Shown here piece after piece: positions 12,501 to 33,033 of a stretch of 64,000 nucleotides of DNA (the stretch's first letter is position 1; the number at the start of each line of letters is the position of its first letter). The position numbers were made by a program, and so were the translations under genes. The notes under the pieces were generated by a model, which was not told the origin of the DNA, searched no databases, and worked only from the letters and a program-made list of their open reading frames with translations. The stretch comes from Vitrella brassicaformis CCMP3155 (Eukaryota; Protista; Chromerida): the NCBI GenBank assembly GCA_001179505.1, contig CDMY01000791.1, positions 124,001 to 188,000 of the forward strand. Reading direction: 5' to 3'.

Positions 12501-15500
12501 TCCGTTGCGCTCCTTGACGGCCTTGGTGATGGCCTCGTCGAGCTTGCGCTGCGTGGGGGGCTCCACGGGGTAGATGCGCTTGGAGTGGTGGGTGCGGCCC
12601 CACCGGTCGGTGACGTACACCTTGAACGCACGGAGACGGCGGGAATAGCGGATGCCCAGACCTGCACATACAATTCCAATGAAGGCACACAAGAGAGAGA
12701 GAAGGTACCGTGCCGATGGGTAGGTACATCTGTCTCTGCTTGTCTGCTAGCCTAGACGGTGTGCAGGGCAGGACGGACATACCTGAGTGGATGGTGAGCC
12801 AGGTGACGTCTGAGTGTCGGCACTCGTCGATGCGGCAGGCGGCCTCGAGGAAGAGGGCGTTGTCGTCGAGGCGTTTGTCGCGGTCGTCAGGCACGAAGGA
12901 CCTCTGCAACTCCTCGTCAAGACGCCGCTGGTCTGCTCGCCCACCCCACCCACACGGACACACCAACGGCAAGAGATATGCACTCCGGGATCGCATCGCT
13001 CAGCGCATGTGTGTGTGGTCCGGTGGTCAGGTAAGGTACCTCTGTCCGAGAGTATGACGGCCCTCATCTCTCCATCCAGATCAACGCGCCGCACGTTGGG
13101 CTTCTCCCCCTCATCCGCACCCACACCCACACCCACACCCGCACCAATCTGACCCTCGTCTACATCCATCTTGGCCAAACCAGACACAGACCCCTCCCCA
13201 CCACCACTTCCGTCAACACTTCCTGCCGCAGCAACAGCAGCAGGTGATGCTAGAGCAGCAGCTGCTGCTGGCTCTGCCGCCACCGCCATCTCCTCTCCCT
13301 CTCGCTGACCCTCCGCCTCTGGCACTTCCTTCTTGTCCGCGGCGGCCGCCTGCTGCTGCTGCTGCTGCTGCGCCGCCTTCTTCTTCTGCTGCTTGCGTGC
13401 GAGTGTGCGGAGGAACTTCTGGTCCGCGGCCTGCACAGCGCGGTACTTGTCGCGGAGCTTGAGGATGGAGTAGAGGGCGACCTTGAGGGAGGCGATGGTG
13501 TCGGAGCGGGGCCGTATCTTGTGGAGGATCTTGGGGCTGCGGTGGCCCCGCACCAAGACGTACTGCAGCTGGTCCTCGTGCCACACCACACGGAGCTGGT
13601 TCTCGCGAGAGAGATGGTGGGAGGAGGTGACGGTGACGTCGAACCGACGCCGGAGGGACCCTTCATCGTCCTCCTCGCGGAGGGCCACACGCCGCTTGGC
13701 CTCGCGCAGGATGACACGGGCGCACTTGCTCAGCAACGGCGGGTCCAACATGCGCACCTCCTCTGGTCGACCGACACGAAGGAAGGACACGGGGGGAAGT
13801 GAGAAGCTAGCTTGTTTGTGTGCTGTGCTGTGTTCGTTTCTTTGCCCATCCCTGTGTGGCGTGCGGTGCGTACCGTCTTCGCTCTCGTCGGCACTTTCGT
13901 CGCCCTCGTTGGCGGCGTCCTTCTTGCTACCCCACACAAACGCTGCACACAGACACAGACCCGCACCCATCAGATCAGATCGTCACTGTCCCATCTCGCC
14001 CTCCCTCCCTCCCTCCCTCCCTCGTGTGTCTTACGTGTCCGTCTGGTTGAATTCTCGTCATCGCTATCCCTGATCTCGATGCGCAGGTCGCCCTCCATGC
14101 CGAAGGGCGCCGGCTGCACCTCCTTGCTGCCTGCGCCCCTTTGGCCCTTCCATGCATCGCTACGGCACGCCCCCAACGCCAGAGGCTCAGAGGGATGGTA
14201 CTCGGCCGGCAGAGAGGCAGATGGGGGCTCGGCGGCCTCGACCCAAGACGATGACGCCGCCGCTGCGGCAGCGGACTGCTCACATGAGCCTGAGGAAGGA
14301 AAGGACACTAAATAGAGATGCGATTACATTCACTTATTCATGTGTGTGGGTCTCCTTGTTGCCTCGCATCTCTCACCGGCAGCAGCAGCAGCAGCAGGAG
14401 CGTCTTTGTCCTCCTTGCGCTGCTTGTCCCCTCCCCGTTCCTTGGCGCTGGCAGCACTCCTGGCCTTCTTGGACGCACGGCCGTCCGAACCGCTGCACGA
14501 CGGGACCCCGCCCTCCCCGCTGGGCTCCAACCCGCCCTCAGCCTGGGTCTGGGGGGGTGCGGTGGCGGCGGGCGGCGACTGTGACGGTGAGGGCTCGTGT
14601 GGTCGTTTGGCGGCGCCATTCTTCTTGCCGCCCTTCTTTTTCTTGCCCTCGGGGATGAAGCGCTGCGATGGGTCGTCGGCGTCGAAGTCGGGGCTCCATG
14701 GGGGGATGATGGGCCAGCTGTTGTCGTCGCCCTTGGAGAAGAACCAGTGGTCGGCCTTCTCACAGTACGACCACCTGCACCACAGCACACACACAACACA
14801 CACCACGAGACGAGAGCCTTCCAGCATTCATTCACCCATGTGTGGATCGGCTGTGCTGTGCCCATCCCATCAGTCCTGACTGTCTCTGCTGCCCACCCCA
14901 CCTGAGCTGCTCCCCCTCTTTGATGGTTTTGACGGGCGTGATGGCACAGCAGTAGTCCCCCTGCACGCTATTCGCCACCTCGTCCGGCAAATACAGGTGT
15001 CTGGGCACCCACACCCTCGCGCAGTTGGCCCTGGGCACCCACTCGGGCGCACTGGCGTCGGTGGTGCCGTGGTTGATGGACACGGCAGGCAGCCAGATGC
15101 GCGAGCAGATGCTGTCGCCGAACAGCACCGACTTGGTCCCCGCCCCCGCCCTCGCCCCGGCGGCTTTGTCCTGCCTGTCCCTGTCCTGCTCCTCCTGGCC
15201 GAATGTGGGCTTGTGTGAGGGCTTGCTGGAGCCGTCGCGGTGTCCGGAGCCGTTCCACACGAGGCTGAGGTGTCCCAGCCAGTCGAGGTTGGCGATCTCG
15301 GCGCTGCATGGGATGGACATGCTGAAGCACTTGTCCCGCTCGGCCTTGAGGTCCGACTCGAGCTGGATCTTGCCCCCATACGGCAGCAGGAGGCCCTGGA
15401 GCATCCTGCTGCGGATGTCCTCGGTGTAGTGGGCCGAGCTGCTGTTGGGGACGGGCCAGCCCAGGAGGTCCCGCCGCGCGACGATCTTCTTCTCCTTGCT

Positions 15501-16375
15501 CTGGACGGTGTGAGGGGGGTAGGGCCGGGTGCCCGGCTCCAGCTGCCAGATGTGGCCGTGCATGCGCTGGTAGTTCCAGTTGAAGATCTGCTCGTCGGTC
15601 TCGAGACGCACGGCGCGGTAGGACGGCAGCAGACACCGATCCAGCAGGAACGAGAGGGACAGGTAGGCCTCGGCCTGGGTGCGCAGCAAAATGGTCGACT
15701 TGAACAGGTCATGGTCCTCATCCAAACCTATGTATGCAAGAGAGAGCCACACACCGAAGGAAGGGAAAGGTGCAGTGCATGGGATGTGTGAGCTGAGGTG
15801 TCTGTCCCCGTGTATGTGTGTGTGTGTGTGTGTGTGCGGTTGCTTTGCTTACCGACGGGTATCATTTCATCGTCGACCTCTACGTTGACCTGGTTCTCCC
15901 GCCTCTTCCTCAGCTGGAACCGGTGCCCCTCGCCATGAAGCTCCTGCCACTTCCACGTGGGACTATATCCCGACCCGCTGCCCTCACCACCACCCTTCTG
16001 CCCACCCTCTACCTCAGACGCCGGTGGCACTCCTGAATCCCCTCCTCCAGATGCAGCCGCTGCAGCCGCAGCCGCAGCCGCAGCCGCAGCCGCTGCTGGT
16101 GCTGGTGCGGCTGCGGCTGCCTCTGGTGCTGCCTCCTCTACTAGTGGTGGTGGTTGTGCAGATGCATCTGCGCCATCCTCCATCATGGCACGCTCCTCGC
16201 CCTCGTGCTGTTCCTGCTCAGGTTGGTCTTGGTCTTGGGGTGGCAAGGCCGCTGAGCTGCCGGCTGCATCTGCATCGGACGACGCCTGTGCTCGCGAGGG
16301 GATGGGGAGGGGGGGCGCCGACTGCTGCGGCTGCGGAGCGGACTCCTCCGCGTCACCATCGCCGCCGGGACACAT
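9556..16375 (-). CDS. Large (roughly 1900 aa) low-complexity protein with N-terminal SET-like domain and 1-3 AP2-like DNA-binding domains
   Basis: About 12 exons join in phase. SET-like: AVSINHG...ANC...CAITPVKTIKEGEQLR|WSY. AP2-like: GIRYSRRLRAFKVYV...SKRIYPV...DEAITKAVKERN, with weaker copies GIRWREGGFVV...ALHEAWKAR and RVVWHEDQLQYV...LKLRDK. The C-terminus is Pro-rich. Start codon uncertain. Confidence 0.7.
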
Positions 16376-16730
16376 TGCGTCCGCCAAGGAGCCTAGTAGT
16401 CAGCCGGTAGGTCACCTGGGCAGGTTATGGCTGGTATGCGTTTGAACAGCAGGACTTCCTATGCTGCGATGGCGCCATGAGCGGTTTCACGGAATGTTCA
16501 AAGGCGGCCGATAAGCAATCCCGACGAACGACAGGCAACAGGAATCACCCACGCACCCGTAGGGATAGGTGTTGGTCTGCCCCTCCTGACCCGAACCCTG
16601 CAAACCCTAAAATCAGGTGTAGGGTATGCTCTTAACGGACGGCGTACAGTGTAAACCTCGTGATTCATCTGAGCATCATCCCCCAAGAGATGACGGGGTG
16701 CAACGATGGTCATCGTGAGGACAGCGTCTG

Positions 16731-19700
16731 ATGGAGCTCTTCAGGCAGAAGCGGGAGCAAGAAGTGGCCAGAACCGCCCTCGAGAGCACCAGGCCGCAGA
16801 CACGGCAACCACCGCAGCCACCGCAGCCACCACAGCCACCGCAGCCACCTCAGCCACCTCAGCCACCCGCACGAATAGCTAAGCAGCGCGACGGCTGCGA
16901 GACCATCCTCACCGGCTGCGGCCGTGGTCTGGCGCGGCTCTTCACCCGATGGGGCGCTCTGTCTGGCCGCGCACCTCTGGTCCTGCTGGCGGTGGCATTT
17001 GTGGTTGGAGTGCTGTGTTGGATCCCTCTGGCGGGCATCGAGGAGTACACCGACTGGCAGAAGCTCTACTACCCGCAGAACACCCTCTCGCAAAAGCACA
17101 AGGGCATCTACGAGAAGGCCTGGGGGCCGCCGCAGATGATCTTCTCCTCGGTGGTGCTCACTCCCGTAGGACCGCCCAACGCCGGCAACAGCAGCGCCAC
17201 CACCGAAGGCAAGAATCGGACTACTGTGGTTGGAGTCAGTGACTTCAAGAACGTTTTGACGGCGGAGGCCTTCAGCGCAGCCATGTCGATCTATATGCGG
17301 CTGACGAATGCGACGGTGCAATCGCCCTCTCATCCCGGCAAGAGCATCACCTTCACCGACGTGTGCAGCCCGCCGCAGTGTGTGGTGCTGTCGGTGTTCT
17401 CCCTCTGGGCCATGGTGTGGGGCGGGGAGGGCTCCGACACCAACAACGGCACCAGCCTCGACACAGGCTACCCCTTGCCAGTGTCGACGGAGCAGCTGCT
17501 GGCCCAGCTCAACAACCCCATCATGCGCGACCCCACGACCAAGGGTCCACTCCGCGACAGCCCTGCCGTCCGGCAGGTGCTCGGGGGCGTCCAGACGGAC
17601 CCCCAAACAGGCGAGTTGGTGGGTGCCAAGGCCTTTCGGCTCCTGTTCCTCATGGATGGCTCAACCGAGGCCAAAGTTGCCAAAGCGCACGCATGGGAAC
17701 AGGGGCTTATCGACGCCGTTATGGACGGGGAGCAGGCCGGACAGTGGGCCGACAGGGGCTTCCGGGCGTTTGTGTGGGCAGACCGGTCCTTCGAGGAGCT
17801 GATGCAGACGGGAGGCGTCGACGCGGCCCTGCTGGCTCTCGCCTTTGTGTTCTTGTCGCTCTATGTTGTGGCCGTCAACGGAGACTGGAAGACCGGGGGA
17901 GCCGTGCGCTCGCAAGTCGGCATGGTCAGGCATGTCATCTCTCGGCCAGATGGGCTTCATATCTCTCACGTGTGTGTGTGTGTGTGTGGTGTGTATGTTA
18001 TGATATGAGACCACCATGCAGGCGCTAGGTGGTATCGTATGTGTGTTAGTGTCGATAGGGTGTGGGTTCGGCCTGACGGTGCTCATCGGCTTCCCCTGGA
18101 TCCCACTCGTCGGTGTCGCGCCCTTCGTCGTATTCGGCGTCGGCATAGACGATGTCCTCGTCATGTAAGCTCAGCTCCACCAGACAGACACACACAGGCG
18201 CCGATCTCACGGTACGGTGCCTAGAAATCCCCCTGCTGTCGGTCGTCAGGCTTCGCACGTTTCGGGAGACGTCTGCGTCGCTTTCCCCGACGGCTCGCGT
18301 GTGCGAGACTTTGGCTGTGTGCGGGGGTTCGATCTTCATGACCTCAGTGACAGACGTGGTGGCCTTTGTGGTTGGGGCGACGTCGTCATTCCCGTGCGTC
18401 AAGATCTTCTGCATGTACTGCGGCATCACACTCGCTGCCGCCTTCCTGCTCGAGGTAGGTCAGCCAGCCGCGGAACAAACAAACAGCACACAGAGCCGGA
18501 TGGCCGGCCCATCATATCATTCAGAGGATGTGTGTGTGGTGTGTGTGTCGACGTGATGCATTTCATTCAGTGCACGTTCTTCGTGGCGTTGCTGCACCTG
18601 GATGCTCGAAGGCAGGCGGCCAACAGGTGAGTGACATGAGGCAGGATCTGGTCGGTCGTTGGAGACGCCCTTTCTTTCCCTTGCCTCCGTACCCTGGGTG
18701 CGTTCATCTCATCAGGCGCGACATTGTTTACTGCTTCACCCCCGCCAAGACGTCGCCCGACGAGACGTCCATCCTCGACGGCGGCAAGGACAACGACACC
18801 GCCTCGAGCGACACCGTACCGCCGCCATCCGTCGACAAACACCCACACCCACACCCACACCAGCATCAGCACATCATCACACACACCAGCCAGCCGCCCG
18901 CATCCACGCCCACATTGGCCGCCGGGAAGCCCGGCAAGCTCATCAGGGTCGGCATCGGCCGTGCGCGTCGGTGTCTGTGTGTGGATGGGCCGCATTTGGA
19001 TTTGAACGAGATGGTGGAGCGGCTCCTGGGCCACTACCTGGTCGAGGCACTCGATCGCTCGCGGGGCAGACTCATTCTCAGCATCGTTTTCCTAGCAATC
19101 GTCTTCACAGGTAGGTACAGACAGACGCGGAGGGCAGGGGGGAAGCTTGGCTTGGCTTGGCTGGATGTGATGTGTCTGGTTGTCTGTCGCTCATCAATAA
19201 TCAGGTTTTGGGGGTCTGTTCTCCCTGAATGTTGATTTGAAGAACATCGACCTGGTGCCGGAGGACTCCTACCTGCACGACGCCATACTTGCACACGAGG
19301 TGGGTGGCCTCGACAAGACAAGGCAGCCTACCCACGCCATGCCATGTCACCCGTCGCATCCATCACTCGTCCTTGCGTCTCTGTGTGTGTGTTGGCAGGA
19401 TTACTTTGCTGACGTGCTGACGGTGCATGACGTGGCCATCGACCTGGCAGGGCTGCCCTTCCAGGACCTCCGCACTCGACAAGAGATAGAGGACCTCACT
19501 CTGCGGCTGGAGGCGTCTCAGTTCACCAACCACCATCCCGCATTCAAGGTCAGTGAGTCACTCAAGAGCCGACAATTCAGCTTGCCCTGTTTGTAGCGCC
19601 GGTGTATGTCTGTGTGTCTGTCGACCCCCCCAATCCAATCAGACCCGTAGTTTGTTCCGCGATTTCGAGAAGTGGGAGGAGCGTCGGATATGGCTGTCAG

Positions 19701-22699
19701 AGATGGACGACTCGGTCATGGACGAGCCCCTCCCCGACACATGGCCGGCCTTCCTCAACGACACCATGGCCAAGCTCAACCAGCTCCCCGACGCACTCAC
19801 CCTCCCCGGCTCCACACTCACCGCCGGCCGTGCCAAGAACATCCTCAAGGCCACCGAGCAGCGCACCAAGGAGGAGGGCAAGCTGCCCCCCCAGGCCAAG
19901 AAGCTCCTGGACGACGCCAAGTCGGGGGAGAACACTGACATGCTCACCCAGCTCTCGTGGGTGGCCTCCATGTTTGTCGAGGATCCCTCCGCCGACAATG
20001 CGTCGGATGGCTTCCTCGCCATCGCATCCGTCTCGTCGACCAATGGCAATGACAGCAAGGCCGGGGACGACGCGGCCGTCAACGCCACCAAAGGCGGCAG
20101 CGGGCCGAAGGGGCAGAGCTTCGAGACCGCCATGAAGAAGTTCCTCGATAACCCACGATACAACGTGAGAGACAGACGGACAGTGGGTTTGTCGACCAAC
20201 TTGGCGGGATGGATGGATTTGTGGGATTTGGTGGTTGCGTGTCTGGTTCATTCAGCATTATGCGCGAGACATTCACTGGGAGAAGGACGGCAAGGGTAAC
20301 GATCGCGTCAGGCGGGCCCGGTTCACCATATGCACCAAGGCTCTCTCCGGCTGGGGGGACGGGACAGACAAGGTAGATAGACGGGAGACAGACAGATGTG
20401 CACTACACTACAACCCATTCATTTGTACCCCTCCATATGTCCTCTCCCTGCCTCCCCCCCACCTTGTTCGGCAAACCAGGGTCAGATGATGCTGGACTAT
20501 CGTCGGATCATAGGCGACTCCTCCCTCCACGACGACGCCTTCGCGTACAACCCCTCGTTCTTCTTCTACGAGAGAAACATTTCCGTCCTGCCAATGGTAA
20601 CCACGCAATGGATGGATGGATGGGTTGATGGAGGCATGAACGTGACAACGCCTCTGTGTCTGTGTGGGGTGGACTGACTCAGACGATATGGAACCTGGTG
20701 GTGGTGGCGGCTGCCGTGGTGATCGTCACCTTCCTGTTTATCCCCGACCCTGCCGTCGTCTTCATCGTCCTGGTCAGACACACACACACACAGACACAGA
20801 GACAGAGAGAGAGAGAGAGAGAGGCATCTACCTACATGTGTGTATGTGCGTGTGCAGCTGATGCTGGTGCTGCTTGACGTCGAGTTGCTGGGGATGATGA
20901 GCTTCTGGGGCATCGATCTCAACTTCATCTCGCTCATCAACCTCGTCATGGCCACAGGATTCGCCGTCGACTACATCGCCCACGTGGCACACGCCTTCGT
21001 GCAGCACAAGGGGCCGCCCAAGGAGCGCCTGCAACACGCACTCAAGGGAATGGGCGTCGCTGTCGCACACGGTCAGATAGACCCACGTGGCTGAGCTGAG
21101 ACACACGGGGGAGCTGACCGACCTTGATGGCCATTTCTGTGTGAGGGTGTGTGTGCAGGTGGCATCTCTACGTTGTGTGCGATGATGCCGGTGGGTCTGT
21201 CGTCTGCCTACCTATTCCGCCTGTTCTTCAGGATGTTTATCCTCACATGTTTCCTCGGACTAGGTACGTACGCTGCCTCGATCGCTGTCTAGTCTACCCC
21301 CTTCCCCTCTCATCTGCCGTTTGCCGTTTGTTGTCTGCCATGCATACTGTCCCGTGCAGCCCATGGCCTTCTGTTCCTGCCTTTGGTGCTGTCTCTGGTG
21401 CGCGCCAAGGGCCACACCGTCTGCACCCGACGATCCAAAGGCAAGAGGGCTCTGAAACGACCAGCACTCAAGGACGGCACCATCGCCTCCTCTCTCTCTC
21501 GCCGTGACGTCACTCCCGCCACCCCCGACGTTGACGAGATCGACGGCTACTCGACCAAGGACACCACCTCAGTCACGTCGGCCAAGGCATGTGTGGAGGA
21601 GGCCCGCATGGAGGCGGCCACAGACCACGAGCAGGCCATCCTCCCGCCGCGTGTGGTGGACGAGCGGCCCTCGGATCAGTCTTCGTTTGTGGGGGAGCCT
21701 GAGCAGGAGTCGGTGGTGGGTGAGGGTGAGGGCGAGGGCGAGAGACAGGACATGGATGCCGTGTGTGTGACGCCGAGGGACCCGTCGACCATTGTGTGTC
21801 CGTCCGACCACGGCACAACGGTGTCGGTGCCGCCCCTGACACTGAGGATGGAGCGGCCGGCCATCCCTTCGCCCCTGCTGCCCCCGCCATCCATCGCCTT
21901 GTCTGATGCCGATGACGACGACTCCGATGATGAGGACGATGACGCCCCCTCCCCGCCCTCCAACTGCCCCGACACCCCGTCGGCCATCTTCTCGGCCCTC
22001 GTCTCGCCCATCCACCGCAGCAGCAGGTCGAGGCGGCATGTGACAGCCACCTCGCCAGTGGTCCTGTCCTACCTGCGCAATGCCGTCGACCGTGACGCCA
22101 GCCAGCCGCTGCCCATCCACCTGTCCTCCCCGGCGCTTCCCTGCAAGAGCCGTGTGAGGCGCCACAGGAGGTATAGGAGGGAGGACGTGCCCGAGATCGC
22201 CCTGCCGCCATGTGTGGTGGAGGAGAGCACCACCGAGGTGGCCAACTCGGGTTGGGCCAACGACACTGGTGGTGCAGCATCAGCATTGGCCCTGCAGCCG
22301 GCTGCCCGTCTCGAGGGCCGACACCGAAGGCGACGCGCCAGTCGCGCCATGCTCGAGGACGGCCATCCTCCTGTTGAGGGCGAGGGTGGCAAGACCGACA
22401 AGAGGCACAAGAAGCATCGAAAGGACTCGAGGCGGCGGCATCGCAGTGTGGATGTCGTTGTGCGGTGGGACGCCAACTCGGCTGAGCCGCGACCCGTGAC
22501 GCCACGACCGCCAAGACGCAGCAGGACACGGGGGAGGGAAAAGGGCAAAGGGAGGGGAGACGGCGGCACCAAGGCCAATAACACCAAGAATAATGAAAAT
22601 GTGACGTCAGGCGGTGAGGAAGGGCCGACTGCGGCGCATGCAGAGGGAGGCATGGCGGAGAGGTGCCATGATGTCACTGCAGATGTGTGGGACGTGTGA
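16731..22699 (+). CDS. Patched/Niemann-Pick C1-like sterol-sensing-domain RND membrane protein
   Basis: N-terminal TM and large luminal loop. SSD: GLTVLIGFPWIPLVGVAPFVVFGVGIDDVLVM...GGSIFMTSVTDVVAFVVGA. Second TM bundle: ISLINLVMATGFAVDYIAHVAHAF...LFFRMF...HGLLFLPLVLSL. Long disordered C-tail. Confidence 0.92.
16806..16868 (+). repeat. 9-bp coding tandem repeat (cagccaccN) x7 encoding QPP
   Basis: Directly visible; translates as QPPQPPQPP... in the Patched-like N-terminus. Confidence 0.9.
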
Positions 22700-23429
22700 C
22701 TTGAGCGAGTGAACACAGATGACGTGATTGATGTGTGAATGTGTGAAGGATGCGGGAAGGGAGGGCATGCGTACTTACTGGCTGACATACATACGTGTAT
22801 GGGTGGGTGTATAGACAGGCGGGTGAGTGAGTGCATAGTGAGTGAGTGCATTGACGGACGGACGGACGGACGGACGGATGGACGGAGGAGGCAGCATCAT
22901 ATCATGACCATGACAGGCAAGGCAGGTGCTGGATGCATATCATGTCTCTCTCTCTCTCTCTCTTCTATTTCTATGTGCGTGGCTGGCTGGCTGCATAACA
23001 TGTGTGTGTCCATTAATTGTCTGTCCAGTGTGTTTGGTCTTGGGTGCATGTCTACAGTACACAGTGGACAAGCTAATCGACTGGCTGGCTGACTTCGGCG
23101 GAGGGGGGGGGGTAGGTGAGGTTCCGTGTGGTTGGTGTCTTGTGAATGAATGCAGAGAGAGAGAGAGGTGCGTGCGGCTGCCGCCACAGAGCTCGCTCAC
23201 GCGTCAGTCACGATGGGTGCAGGCATGCATTTGTTGACCGACCAGCAGACTTACATTTGACAATTGCAATAGACTGTCATTGACCAACGACCCGCACCCT
23301 GTCACGACGCCCGGAGTGCCACTAGCATTTCATAGAAGCATACATACAGCACACACGGGCAGGGGCTGCCTGCCTGTCATATGTAGGTGGGAGGGAGGTG
23401 CTGCCTTAGTCTTCCCTTCTCTTGCCCAC

Positions 23430-25494
23430 TCATCGTGCGTGATTACTCTCCCAGTGCTGCTCGAGGGACCGCAGAGAGGGGAACAGCCGGCCGCAGCAAA
23501 AGAACACGTCATGACGCCTCACATTCTTGAGGTGCTGGTTCAGGCCGTTGGTGTCCCGCATCTGGGCGCCACAGTAGCCGCAGCTGTTCGTGTTGATCAT
23601 GTTGTTGAGCCACGTGGACCGCCGCGTATTCTGCCCGGCCACCTCGACGTCCAACTCCCGTGGCGTCTGCGCACACCGCCTCAGGCACTGCCGCCACGAG
23701 ACGGGCGGTGGGGGCACCGGAGCCACGCGACGGGGCGGAGAGGGGTCTCTCAGGGGCACAGGCGGTGCGAGGGGCAACGCCGCGGCCGCCTGCATGCACT
23801 CATCCACACAATTATCGATGCGTTCAGTTGATGTGATGTGATCTGGTCACTCACCGCAGGTGGCGGTGCTGGTGCGGGTGCGGGTGCAGCATCATGGGGA
23901 AACAGTTCGCAGCCTCCCGTACACACGCGCCCACGAGCGGGCCACTCAGCAGACACCTGGGAGCAAGGCAAGGCACATGAGTAGGACTGAGTGGGGCACA
24001 GCACATCATTCTGAGTGCCGATTGTAGCAGAATTCGAAGTTGCATCTGCATGTGATGTGGTAGCAGCCGTGAGTGAGCTGCACCACAGCACGGCAGCGGG
24101 GGCACCGCCGCAGCCTGCACACCGACCACACCAACACAACCACTCCGACACACACATCAATGACCTATCCTGTTGTCTTGGTGTTGGTGTTGGTGTTGGT
24201 GTGTGCTGATGGCAAGGCAAGGCAGACCGTACGTACCCCTCCTGTCTGCATTGACTGCGGAATCGTCTGTCTCCCGCAGACCGCTCATCGGCAGGCAGGT
24301 CCTGGTACTCCTCACACGTCAGGCCATCATGCCACTCCACACGACAGTTGACACAGAAAGGCTGTTTGTTTACGAAAAAGACAGAGAAGGATCCGACCTG
24401 TCTGGGGGCTGCACGCTTTCGTCTGACTGACCTGTTGGCACCACACACACGTGGCCTTGTCCTTCACCAAGCTACCGTCCATCGGCTGCCAGAGGAGAGA
24501 AAGGAGCAACAAAGATAGCTGCCTGTCTGTCTGTCTGCCCTCCTCCCCCCTGACCTGTGAGCAGTGTGTGTTGGGGCACCACATAAGGTTAGGTATGGTC
24601 GACTCGATCACCCTGCGCTCGAAGGCCACCCGCAGCTCGGGCGACAGCAAATCACCTGCTGTGTCCAGCGTCAGCTCCTCGCACTTGTCAAACGGACACG
24701 AAAGAGGAAAGGGCTCGTCGCGAATGGCTACCGAGAGGTACCTCTCGCCGCATGGCCGACAGAATTCGCGGTCGCACAGAAATCGCAGTGGTAGGCTTGT
24801 TGTCTCCTTGCAGGCCTCGCACTCACCGCTCGGGTAGGCTGCAGCAGCTGCTGCTGATGAAGACGGTGCTGCTGATGAAGACGGTGCTGATGCCAAGGGT
24901 GCCGGGAACAGAGGGGCACAGCTGCTCTTGGCGATGCAGCGGCTGATATCCCGGTCGCTCGCGCCGCTGGTTTCCATGTCGCCGATGCGCCTGGCCAGCT
25001 CATGGTCTAGGTCCACCATGGCGAGGTGCTTGACGGCCAGCATCGCCTTCTTGCGGGCCACCTCCCTATCGAGCCTGCAGGCGTCCTCCTCCTCCATCAC
25101 CGCCGCCATCAGCGACAGGTCCCTCGACAGCTGACACGCACTCAGGTAGTCGTCGGCCGCCATGAGCTCATTGATCTGCTGCTCGACCACCATCGTGAGG
25201 GCGTCGCTGGTCGGCTCGGAAGTGTCGGCACATGAGCTCTCGAGTCGCGAATCATGAACACCAAGCGCCAGCTCCTCAATCTGAAGAAGAGGAGAAAGCA
25301 GCAGCTGACAATACTACATAGCTCCTCTGCATCGTCATGTCCCCCACCTGCAGCTTCAGTGCAGCTTGGAGGTCTGCCTCGACGTCTGCCTCTTGATGAG
25401 AAGGCTGTGGTTGAGTGCCGGCCGGGCCCTCGTCGCCATCGGCTGCAATGGGGCGGCATTCCAATCGGTCACTCGTGCTCCCAGGGGACATCAT
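23430..25494 (-). CDS. RBR (RING-IBR-RING) E3 ubiquitin ligase with C-terminal C2H2-type zinc fingers
   Basis: RING1 CEAC...CDREFCRPC...CPFDKC. IBR WCPNTHC...CVWC..FCVNCRVEWHDGLTCEEY. RING2 RCPRCRAVVQLTHGCYHITCRCNFEFCY with the catalytic Cys. Tail CGYC...LNQHLKNVRRH and CCGRLF..LRSLEQHWESNH*. Confidence 0.9.
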
Positions 25495-25890
25495 CGTCCG
25501 CTCCGCTCCGCTCAAATGACAGCTGATCCAGCAGAAGGAACCGAAGATGCACCGCAAATGGTGTTGCCGCGCCGCTGGGGTGCTTCTGGCCTCCTCCTTT
25601 CGCGAACCAAACCGGTAATTTCCTCAAGGAGCCGCGCAACACAGATCACGTACTCCTGTCGTACAGGAATAGACTGGCGGGTGAAGTGATGCCTTATTCA
25701 AAAATGGGGCGGCAAACTGATGTAGCTGTGGCTGGGGTGTTGTTTCCCCTTGCTGAAGATCTGCGATAGGATTCAAGCTCGCCAGAGATCTGCGAGCTCC
25801 GCGGAGTCTTCATTTTTCGCGTTGTTTTGCCGCAACGAAACACCACTATTCCGCATCATCGCCTTGTCAACCCGGCCTTCAAGTTGCACG

Positions 25891-32733
<6,843 letters not shown>

Positions 32734-33033
32734 NNNNNNNNNNNNNNNNNNNNNNNNNNNNNNNNNNNNNNNNNNNNNNNNNNNNNNNNNNNNNNNNNNN
32801 NNNNNNNNNNNNNNNNNNNNNNNNNNNNNNNNNNNNNNNNNNNNNNNNNNNNNNNNNNNNNNNNNNNNNNNNNNNNNNNNNNNNNNNNNNNNNNNNNNNN
32901 NNNNNNNNNNNNNNNNNNNNNNNNNNNNNNNNNNNNNNNNNNNNNNNNNNNNNNNNNNNNNNNNNNNNNNNNNNNNNNNNNNNNNNNNNNNNNNNNNNNN
33001 NNNNNNNNNNNNNNNNNNNNNNNNNNNNNNNNN
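32734..33033. other. Assembly gap (300 N)
   Basis: Run of n, preceded by a G-rich stretch. Confidence 1.

Noticed and set aside
9533-16445. Many long plus-strand ORFs antisense to the SET-AP2 gene (likewise 21504-22851 and 53653-56090)
   Set aside because: GC-rich shadow ORFs with low-complexity translations, no motifs and no splice support.
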